Below the pieces are notes generated by a model, which had not been told where the DNA came from, did not search any database, and saw nothing but the letters and a program-made list of their open reading frames with translations. A DNA stretch of 62,962 nucleotides from an uncultured bacterium. Lineage in GTDB: Bacteria > Patescibacteriota > Minisyncoccia > Phycocordibacterales > Phycocordibacteraceae. The DNA is taken from assembly GCA_903994795.1 (NCBI GenBank), contig CAJEYI010000001.1:1-62962 (forward strand), written 5' to 3'. The translations under genes and the position numbers were made by a program. Each line of letters begins with the position of its first letter. Positions within the stretch are counted from its first letter, which is position 1. Positions 55,697-62,962 of the stretch are shown here, one piece after another.

Positions 55697-56053
55697 TTAT
55701 TTGTCAATTGTATTCTGTGACATGAAAGTCTCTGACCACAATATCGTCACAATCTCATCTCTTTGTTTTTCTGTAATTTTAGTTGAATAAGCTAAGTCCT
55801 GACACATGTTGCGAACTCCGTTCCATAGTCCATTTTGGTTTGAGAATAGTAGGTGATCTACACCAAGTATGTTCTTTATAGACACAGTAAAAATAGTTCT
55901 TTGGGTCACAGTCTGAGGACCACCTTCAATTTGGGAAATCATTTTGATAATCGAGGGTTGACCTATTTGCGTGACCATTCCATTAATAGGAGAAAGGGCT
56001 ATTTTTGTAAGTTCGCAAATTTTATTCTGCTCATTTAGCGTTAATTCTTTCAT
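55697..56053 (-). CDS. hypothetical protein, probably co-transcribed with DUF3800
   Basis: AT-rich 118-aa ORF; TAAAAT 6 nt upstream of ATG. Confidence 0.6.
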   Translation of the reverse strand: MKELTLNEQNKICELTKIALSPINGMVTQIGQPSIIKMISQIEGGPQTVTQRTIFTVSIKNILGVDHLLFSNQNGLWNGVRNMCQDLAYSTKITEKQRDEIVTILWSETFMSQNTIDK

Positions 56054-56117
56054 ATCAATATTTTAGCACTTAATTAAATTCGACGTGTCGGTGAAAAGAG
56101 TCGCCCCACGACTCTTG

Positions 56118-56182
56118 CCCACCTCCACCAGATAAACAAAAACCACCTATCGGTGGCCATGTTTATATCTGGTGGAGGTGGG
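56118..56182. repeat. inverted copy of the tmRNA 3' end
   Basis: CCCACCTCCACCAGATA (56118-56134) versus TATCTGGTGGAGGTGGG (56166-56182). Confidence 0.8.
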
Positions 56183-56592
56183 GGTAGTTGAAACCCCGTC
56201 CGAATCCGGCTTTGAGAGCGAGTCTACGACGCGTAGTTCATATTAGTGTTTCAGAATGAAGGTAAAAACAGGAACGAAACCCTTCACACCTACGCCCGTT
56301 TTTTAAGAGACTTATGTGGGCACATGAATCTTCCGATCCCATAGAGAATTCCGCCCAATCACCCAGCTATGAGAACCTGGAATGATGAACGTCGCTCAGC
56401 GAGGCGAGCCGAAGCTCAAGCCTGCTTACGCGAACGCAAAGTCGCTCGGAGTAAAATACCTCGAAACGATGCTCTTTGCGCTTGCAACTGTAGTGTTAGC
56501 AAGTATTTGTGCTTGTGGGATTTGAGTGTCCAGCAAGCTTGCACTGCGTCGCACGTCTCTCAAAGAGCAGACCGTCAAAACCGGTCACCCCC
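56170..56592 (-). ncRNA. ssrA: tmRNA, tag peptide (A)ASAKSIVSRYFTPSDFAFA
   Basis: 5' GGGGGTG pairs with CACCTCC-ACCA including G3:U; T-arm GGGGT-TTCAACT-ACCCC; tag ORF 56485-56426; immediately downstream of smpB. Confidence 0.92.
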
Positions 56593-56639
56593 GCGCAGAA
56601 CCTATCAGGAGATCGGTTCTGCGCGCGAGCGATCGATTA

Positions 56640-57083
56640 CTATCTTCGTTTCATTGCACGCTCAATCTCACGCTGATCATCTTTCTTCTTCAAATCTTCC
56701 CGCTTATCTGCCTTTCCCTTACCTCGTACTATAGCAACTTTCACCTTAATATACTTGCCTGCAGTATACAACTCAATTGGGACTAATGTCAAGCCCTTTT
56801 TTGCTTCTCCTTCTGCAAGCTCTACAATTTCTCTTTTATTGAGGAGAAGCTTGCGAGGATGCTCAGGATCGTACGATACTGGCGTATTTGCAGACTGATA
56901 TGGGGGAATTGTTGCTCCTACGAGGTATGCTTCACCACCTCGCACAACAACTCGTGACCCTTCGAGGCTTCCAAGCTTCTTCCGAAGCGACTTCACTTCT
57001 CCACCAGAAAGCTCTATTCCTGCCTGGAACGTTTCGAGTACTGCAAATCGCAGGTGGACCTTTTTGTTTTGGATAAGTGACAT
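56640..57083 (-). CDS. smpB: SsrA-binding protein
   Basis: NKK, AGIELSGGEVKSLR, RKLLL, GLTLVP, DKRE. Confidence 0.95.
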   Translation of the reverse strand: MSLIQNKKVHLRFAVLETFQAGIELSGGEVKSLRKKLGSLEGSRVVVRGGEAYLVGATIPPYQSANTPVSYDPEHPRKLLLNKREIVELAEGEAKKGLTLVPIELYTAGKYIKVKVAIVRGKGKADKREDLKKKDDQREIERAMKRR

Positions 57084-57146
57084 GGAAAGTAGACGGATTT
57101 CGAAGGGATTTCTTACGAATGCTTATTATTGTATAATGTATCAGCT

Positions 57147-59117
57147 ATGCCTCCTACTGAAAACAAACCCCCAAAAATCAAGAAAGTAAAAGGAAGAATC
57201 GAAAACCTTACCAAGGATTCAGAAAAGTCACCTGCAGGACCTCAACCAAAAGGTCCAGTGAAGCCTGGAAATGGCTTTGTGACAAACTTGCTCACAGTCA
57301 TAGTGATATTCCTACTCCTTATGGGAATCTATAGCTATGTCGCAACAAGTGCGAAGTCAAAAGCTGTCGTTTCACTTTCACAAGTCGCAAATGACATCAG
57401 AGCAGGGCAGGTGACTGCAATTAAAGTCACAACAAATGACCTCCTGCTCACGTATGCAGACGGAACACAGAAGACTTCAATGAAAGATCCAAGCGATGGT
57501 CTTCCTCAGACGCTCGTGCCATATGGCGTGACTCCGGATGAGCTTTCAAAAGTTTCACTAACTATCGCAACTGATACTGGGTTTGGGTATTGGTTTATGC
57601 AGCTTGCGCCGCTCCTCATTCCTGCGGTTTTGCTCGGTGCGCTCTTCTGGTTCCTTTCACGACAAGTTCGTGGTGCTGGCATGCAGGCGTTTACATTTGG
57701 TCAGTCGAAGGCTCGCATGATTGATCCTGCTGACACGAACTCTCGTGTAACATTTGCAGACGTGGCTGGGGCAAAGGAAGCAAAGGAAGAATTGATGGAA
57801 ATAGTCGACTTCTTGAAAAATCCTAAAAAGTTTCTCGATATCGGCGCACGTATTCCAAAAGGTATTCTCTTGATGGGAGCGCCTGGGACAGGGAAGACAC
57901 TTCTTGCACGAGCTGTGGCGGGTGAAGCTGGCGTGCCGTTCTACTCAATTTCAGGATCAGAGTTTGTCGAGATGTTTGTGGGGGTTGGAGCATCACGCGT
58001 GCGTGACCTCTTCCAGATGGCAAAAAAATCAGCACCAGCAATTATTTTCGTAGATGAAATCGATGCTGTTGGGCGTGCTCGAGGAAGCGGCGTGGGTGGC
58101 GGAAATGATGAGCGTGAGCAGACTCTCAATCAGATCTTGGTGGAGATGGATGGATTCGAGCCAACAGAGAAGGTTATCGTGATGGCTGCAACTAACCGTC
58201 CGGACGTTCTAGATCCTGCACTTCTTCGTCCGGGACGATTTGATCGTCGCGTGACTATCGACCTTCCTGATCGAAAGGATCGTGAAGAAATTCTTGCAGT
58301 GCATGCGCGGAAAAAGCCGTTTGGTCCTGATGTAAATTTCCCACTTATTGCAGAACGAACACCCGGTTTCTCTGGTGCCGAGCTCTACTCGCTTATGAAT
58401 GAAGCGGCCATTCTCGCTGCGCGCGAAGCGCGCAAAGAGATTACACAGTTCGATCTCATCCGCTCAATCGAGAAAGTCATGCTCGGTCCAGAACGGAAGA
58501 GTCACTTGCTCTCAAAGAAAGAGAAGCGCGTCACTGCATATCATGAAGCTGGTCACGCGCTCGTCTCCTCGATTCTTCCGTATGCTGATCCTGTGCATAA
58601 AGTTTCCATCATCAGTCGTGGAACAGCAGGAGGATATACGCTCAAGCTTCCATTCGAAGACAAGAAAATGCCATCAAAGAAAGAGTTCATCGATGACATC
58701 GCTACGCTTCTTGGCGGATACGCTGCGGAGAGTCTTATCTTTGACGACGTCACAACAGGTCCTTCAAACGATCTCGCCGTAGCAACAAACGTCGCTCGCA
58801 ACATGGTTGCTCGATACGGCATGAGTGATTCAATTGGTCCTGCTGCTTTCGCATCAGATCGCGCGTACGGGCCTGAGTCATACTCACAAGAGCTTGCTGC
58901 GAAGATTGATGGGGAAGTTGCACGAATTGTTGAGGATGGAAAACAAAAGGCGACTGAAGTCATTACAGAGCATCGCAAGGCACTCGACGCAATCGCAGCA
59001 GCACTCGTAGATGTTGAGACACTCGAGCGAGAAGACTTTGAAAAGATACTTATCGTGAATGGCATTACCCCAAAGAAGAAGGAAGACTATACTGATGCGG
59101 TGACGATAGTTGGATAG
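57147..59117 (+). CDS. ftsH: ATP-dependent zinc metalloprotease FtsH
   Basis: two TM segments, [30 protein letters not shown]. Confidence 0.97.
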   Translation: MPPTENKPPKIKKVKGRIENLTKDSEKSPAGPQPKGPVKPGNGFVTNLLTVIVIFLLLMGIYSYVATSAKSKAVVSLSQVANDIRAGQVTAIKVTTNDLLLTYADGTQKTSMKDPSDGLPQTLVPYGVTPDELSKVSLTIATDTGFGYWFMQLAPLLIPAVLLGALFWFLSRQVRGAGMQAFTFGQSKARMIDPADTNSRVTFADVAGAKEAKEELMEIVDFLKNPKKFLDIGARIPKGILLMGAPGTGKTLLARAVAGEAGVPFYSISGSEFVEMFVGVGASRVRDLFQMAKKSAPAIIFVDEIDAVGRARGSGVGGGNDEREQTLNQILVEMDGFEPTEKVIVMAATNRPDVLDPALLRPGRFDRRVTIDLPDRKDREEILAVHARKKPFGPDVNFPLIAERTPGFSGAELYSLMNEAAILAAREARKEITQFDLIRSIEKVMLGPERKSHLLSKKEKRVTAYHEAGHALVSSILPYADPVHKVSIISRGTAGGYTLKLPFEDKKMPSKKEFIDDIATLLGGYAAESLIFDDVTTGPSNDLAVATNVARNMVARYGMSDSIGPAAFASDRAYGPESYSQELAAKIDGEVARIVEDGKQKATEVITEHRKALDAIAAALVDVETLEREDFEKILIVNGITPKKKEDYTDAVTIVG

Positions 59118-59192
59118 TTGGTCGGACAAAATTCAGTTTTTCTTTAGAGTTTCTTTAAAACTCCTTCAGTCCCTTTTTGCTACGCTTACCGC

Positions 59193-59867
59193 ATGGCAAA
59201 AAGAGAGTTACATGCTAAGGCAATAGAACTGCGAAAGCAGGGTATGAGCTTTACGCAGATCAAGGAAGTGGTTGGTGTGAGTAACAGTACTCTCAGTGTT
59301 TGGCTACGCGACTACCCACTTTCAAAAGAGAGGATTCGCGAATTACGAATAGTTACTGACCAACAAATTGAAAGAACGCGGGAAAGTAAATCCAAGACTA
59401 GGAATATCAGGTTACTTGCAGTTCGGTCAAAAGCAGAAAAAGAAATCGGTACGTTGACTGAAAGAGATTTACTGATTGCAGGATTTTTCCTTTATTGGGG
59501 AGAGGGAAGTAAGACGTCTCATGGAACTACATCAGTTTCAAATACTGATCCAGCGGTACTCAGAGTTTTTATGTCATGGCTTACGTTACTAAAAGTACCG
59601 AAGGAAAGATTACGAGTTAATCTCCATCTATATAACGACATGGACATCAATTCTGAGATTAGTTTTTGGTCTAATGAATTAGGTCTTCCAATAAGTACAT
59701 TTAGAAAGCCATACATAAAGAAGTCACTAAGAGAAAACATTACGTTCTTTCAGAGGTTTACGCATGGCACGTGTAATGTAATTTTTGAGAATAGAGATAT
59801 CTTCGAGTATGTTCAACAGGGGTTAGGATATCTGAGAGACACATTTGCTGTAATCCCCACAACGTGA
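59193..59867 (+). CDS. HTH plus LAGLIDADG-like domain protein
   Basis: N-terminal HTH (LRKQGMSFTQIKEVVGVSNSTLSVWLR), LYWGEGSK, SNTDP, FWS, HGTC. Confidence 0.7.
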   Translation: MAKRELHAKAIELRKQGMSFTQIKEVVGVSNSTLSVWLRDYPLSKERIRELRIVTDQQIERTRESKSKTRNIRLLAVRSKAEKEIGTLTERDLLIAGFFLYWGEGSKTSHGTTSVSNTDPAVLRVFMSWLTLLKVPKERLRVNLHLYNDMDINSEISFWSNELGLPISTFRKPYIKKSLRENITFFQRFTHGTCNVIFENRDIFEYVQQGLGYLRDTFAVIPTT

Positions 59868-59881
59868 TTTCATTAGGTTAT

Positions 59882-59957
59882 ACGCGCGTAGCTCAATTGG
59901 TAGAGCACTGAGCTTATACCTCAGCGGTTGCAGGATCGTGCCCTGCCGCGCGTACCA
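59882..59957 (+). tRNA. tRNA-Ile (anticodon UAU)
   Basis: ACGCGCG/CGCGCGT acceptor, GCTC/GAGC D-arm, CTGAG-CT TAT AC-CTCAG, GCAGG-ATCGTGC-CCTGC, encoded CCA. Confidence 0.9.
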
Positions 59958-59960
59958 AAA

Positions 59961-60839
59961 TTACTTCGGAAATACATCCAAAAGAAGTCCTGAATCGTAG
60001 AACTGGAAGGCCAGACCGCCGAAACTATAGTCAACGCCATTTACCGTGATTTGCGCGCCACCCACTTGTGGATTTGCATTAGGGGTTGAGTGCTCAAAGC
60101 CGATATTGTAAAGCGTTGCGAGAATGTCGGGTCGATTATCAATTGGAAATCCTGCATTTTGCCACTGAGTTTCGAGTTCTTTGAGATAGAGCGATGCGTA
60201 GAGGTAGTTGTAGTAGTGGTCGTGAGAGTTCGTCATGCGAGTGAAGCGCTGTTCGGAAATGGTGCTCGAAGCATTCGCAGGATTGACTGGCGCAAAGTCC
60301 AAGAGGTGTTCATACTGTGAACCAAGGTAGTACGGAGACGCGGAGTCTTTTAGATTATTTTCTACCTGCACAGCAGTTGCTTCCTTCATGCCCATGACGC
60401 CCCACGAGAACTGAGTTTGTGAGCCAAGAATTTTAAGGGGAGCAAAGAACTTTTTATAAAAGGCGCGCTCTGTGAAGAAGAGGCGGAGTTGCTCGACGAT
60501 CAAGTCTTCAACTAGAAGTCGAGGCTTAATATCTGCGATAGCTGCGGCACGATTGATTGCGGGTGCATCAGTTGTCGCGGCTGCTGAGAGGACCTGCCAC
60601 TCTTCAGTATTTTGCCACGGCGTGCCATTTGGGTATTCAGGTGCCTGGGTAACTGCTGTGGTCGATGTGGCATTTCCTAGAAACGTCTCGCGTTGGAGGT
60701 CAATGATGCCAGTGGTGTTTGTGAACCCAAAACGCACTGCGAAGTACGTAACCACGAGCCCAAAACCAATTGCAGCAAAAAGATAGACCACAACGGTCCA
60801 GATGATTTTCACTACACGCCACATTTTTTCATGATTCAT
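59961..60839 (-). CDS. hypothetical membrane-anchored extracellular protein
   Basis: N-terminal TM; EQ..SWGVMGMK..ATLYNIG pattern is loosely lysozyme/transglycosylase-like. Confidence 0.65.
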   Translation of the reverse strand: MNHEKMWRVVKIIWTVVVYLFAAIGFGLVVTYFAVRFGFTNTTGIIDLQRETFLGNATSTTAVTQAPEYPNGTPWQNTEEWQVLSAAATTDAPAINRAAAIADIKPRLLVEDLIVEQLRLFFTERAFYKKFFAPLKILGSQTQFSWGVMGMKEATAVQVENNLKDSASPYYLGSQYEHLLDFAPVNPANASSTISEQRFTRMTNSHDHYYNYLYASLYLKELETQWQNAGFPIDNRPDILATLYNIGFEHSTPNANPQVGGAQITVNGVDYSFGGLAFQFYDSGLLLDVFPK

Positions 60840-60904
60840 TCTACTTACCATATCGCGCCTCCTGCTTGGTGTAAACTAACTACGTATACGTAAGCACATA
60901 TCCT

Positions 60905-61804
60905 ATGAGGCACATACTTTACTCGCAAGACGTAAGCATAGAAGAAATCAATACCATATTTGCCAGCGCGACAAAATTGGAGTACGAGAAAGACGATTCA
61001 ATGAAAGGAAAGATTATGGCATCGCTTTTCTACGAGCCGAGTACCCGAACACGGTTTTCATTTGAATCAGCGATGCTTCGTCTAGGTGGCAGTGTCATTA
61101 CAACAGAGAACGCTCGCGAATTTTCATCTGCAGCGAAAGGTGAGACTCTTGAAGATTCTATTGCTGTTGTGAATTATTATGCGGATTTGATCGTAATGCG
61201 TCACTACGAAATGGGTGCATCCGAACGCGCTTCGAAAGTATCAAGTGTGCCGATTATTAATGCGGGAGACGGCCCGGGTCAGCACCCAACACAAGCATTG
61301 CTAGATTTATATACGATCCAAAGGGAACTTGGGCATATTGATAACATCACAATAGCCATGGTCGGGGATTTAAAGAATGGCAGAACAGCGCGCTCACTTG
61401 CATATTTATTAGGAAAATATACAGGAATTACGATAGTTTTCGTATCACCACAGGAGTTAGGTATAAGTCCAGACATAAAGAGTTATTTAGAAAAGCATAA
61501 TGTTGCATATTCCGAAGTTGAAGATTTGGAAAGTGCACTTCCGGATGTTGATGTTGTGTACCAGACAAGAATACAGAAAGAGAGATTTGAAAGCGAAGAA
61601 AGTTATCTGAAGCACAAAGGGCGCTATGTCATCACATTAAAACAAGTCGCACTACTCAAGCCAACGGCAATTATTATGCACCCTTTACCAAGAGTTGATG
61701 AAATCGCGCCGGAAGTTGATGGCTCACCACATGCTGCATATTTCAAGCAAGCAAAGTACGGAGTGCTTGTACGAATGGCGTTGCTTAAGTTTGTGTTTGA
61801 GTAG
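60905..61804 (+). CDS. pyrB: aspartate carbamoyltransferase catalytic subunit
   Basis: FYEPSTRTR, KGETLED, INAGDG..HPTQ, VGDLKNGRT, TRIQKER, HPLPR. Confidence 0.96.
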   Translation: MRHILYSQDVSIEEINTIFASATKLEYEKDDSMKGKIMASLFYEPSTRTRFSFESAMLRLGGSVITTENAREFSSAAKGETLEDSIAVVNYYADLIVMRHYEMGASERASKVSSVPIINAGDGPGQHPTQALLDLYTIQRELGHIDNITIAMVGDLKNGRTARSLAYLLGKYTGITIVFVSPQELGISPDIKSYLEKHNVAYSEVEDLESALPDVDVVYQTRIQKERFESEESYLKHKGRYVITLKQVALLKPTAIIMHPLPRVDEIAPEVDGSPHAAYFKQAKYGVLVRMALLKFVFE

Positions 61805-61814
61805 AGTGCCCGTG

Positions 61815-62962
61815 TTACTCAATGTGGATTTTTTCAGTTTTTGATTCGAGAAGTTTCTTGAGGAGTGGATGAGAGTCGAGCGAAGGGTCTTCCGTAATGA
61901 GCTTTGCGGACTCGGTCCGCGCTGCTTCGACGAGCTTGAGATTTTTGATTGCTTCCATGGTTATATCTGAGATACCCCATTGTTTTGATCCATAGAATTG
62001 TCCGGCGCCACGGTTGAGAAGATCGGCTTCAGCGAGCTTGAAGCCGTTCTTTGCCGTTGCGAGAGCCTTTAGGCGGTCTTTAGTTGCTTGTGGAACTTTC
62101 TCAGGAAGCACAAAGCAGTATGCTTGATTGTTTGAGCGAATAACTCGACCACGAAGTTGGTGAAGTTGCGAGAGGCCGAAACGTTCTGCGCCTTCAATTA
62201 AGATGACTGTGGCGTTTGGAACGTTTACACCGACTTCAACTACAGACGTCGCTACGAGTATATTTGTTTCGCCGGCTTCAAACGCACGCATCGACTCTTC
62301 CTTTTCAGCAGGAGTCATTTTGCTGTGAAGAATGCCGATAGTGGATTCAGGGAAGACTTCATTTTGTAAACGCGTAGCTTCTGCTTTTACGGACTTGGCA
62401 ATAATCGCCATTTCTTTCGTTGGGTCGGGTTCGTCGATGCGCGGGCAGATTACGTATGCTTGGCGACCAGCTTTGAGCTCTTCGCGAACTCTTGCGTATG
62501 CGAGTTCGCGCTTCTCAGGTCCAAGAATTTCTGTGATGATTGGTTTGCGACCGACAGGCATCTGATCGAGAAGTGAGAGATCGAGGTCGCCATAGATAGT
62601 GAGTGCGAGGGTGCGGGGAATTGGTGTTGCAGTCATTGAGAGTAGGTGGGGGGAGAGGCCGCTCTTTTGCGCGAGCGAATGACGCGCGACTTTTCCGAAG
62701 CGGTGTTGCTCGTCGATAATTGCGTATGCAAGTGTTTTGAATTCGAGTGATTTCTGAATCAAAGCATGCGTACCTATGACGATAGGAATTTCTCCATTTG
62801 CGACCCACTTACGAAACTGCGCACGAGAAATTTTCGTTGAAAGTTCGCGATTGATTTTAGAAGGAAACTTCCGGCACTCGCTTCCGGTGATGAGACCTAT
62901 TTGTATTGGATGGTCTTTAAAGTATGAGACGAATGTCGCAAAGTGCTGCTTTGCGAGAATTT
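61815..62962 (-). CDS. recG: ATP-dependent DNA helicase RecG (5' end outside the window)
   Basis: ILAKQH, GTHAL, IIDEQHRFG, MTATPIPRTL, EVGVNVPNA, QLRGRV; the reading frame stays open to the window edge. Confidence 0.95.
   Translation of the reverse strand, partial: ILAKQHFATFVSYFKDHPIQIGLITGSECRKFPSKINRELSTKISRAQFRKWVANGEIPIVIGTHALIQKSLEFKTLAYAIIDEQHRFGKVARHSLAQKSGLSPHLLSMTATPIPRTLALTIYGDLDLSLLDQMPVGRKPIITEILGPEKRELAYARVREELKAGRQAYVICPRIDEPDPTKEMAIIAKSVKAEATRLQNEVFPESTIGILHSKMTPAEKEESMRAFEAGETNILVATSVVEVGVNVPNATVILIEGAERFGLSQLHQLRGRVIRSNNQAYCFVLPEKVPQATKDRLKALATAKNGFKLAEADLLNRGAGQFYGSKQWGISDITMEAIKNLKLVEAARTESAKLITEDPSLDSHPLLKKLLESKTEKIHIE

Noticed and set aside
56369..56786. Plus-strand ORFs of 121 and 86 aa
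   Set aside because: They are antisense to tmRNA and smpB
922..62808. Many antisense or overlapping ORFs in the track (e.g. 922-1323, 13379-13849, 30481-31083, 58553-59065)
   Set aside because: They are shadows of well-supported genes on the opposite strand or frame and show no motifs
1..62962. Alternative genetic code 25 (TGA=Gly), as in Gracilibacteria/Absconditabacteria
   Set aside because: Conserved genes are full length under code 11, and TGA terminates several plausible genes
1..62962. CRISPR array, integrase, transposase, reverse transcriptase or rRNA
   Set aside because: No regularly spaced repeats or recognisable motifs for these were seen

Overview
This is chromosomal DNA from a Patescibacteria/CPR bacterium, Parcubacteria-like, using genetic code 11. 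The assignment rests on the absence of rpmD/uL30 between rpsE and rplO, a tRNA-Ile with a UAU anticodon, a CPR-style type IV pilus and split ComEC, and scarce Shine-Dalgarno sites. The window carries a pilB-pilC-minor pilin cluster, tpiA-pgk, recJ, rnhA, split comEC with sod, and the str-S10-spc ribosomal protein cluster broken by six accessory insertions. It also has secY-cmk-adk-map-ndk, infC-rpmI-rplT, sppA, tmRNA-smpB, ftsH, tRNA-Ile(UAU), pyrB and a partial recG. The most unusual observations are: (1) three long terminator-like hairpins with unrelated 21-27 bp stems but an identical 13-nt loop, TCTAAATTCTGAC, each at a junction between core and accessory genes; (2) two orphan predicted nuclease genes (BECR/RelE-like and DUF3800), each next to a small structured RNA with its own promoter and terminator, which are candidate protein-plus-RNA toxin-antitoxin or defence modules; (3) a family of self-contained GC-rich mini-cassettes (promoter, leader hairpin, SD, small hydrophobic ORF, terminator); (4) a short structured transcript with two strong SD sites and tiny ORFs; (5) a probable 6S RNA; (6) a nucleoside-deoxyribosyltransferase-like/methyltransferase fusion; and (7) a pervasive -10 box 6-7 nt before ATG, implying leaderless mRNAs. 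All protein and RNA family calls come from motif recognition by eye. No database search or folding program was run.
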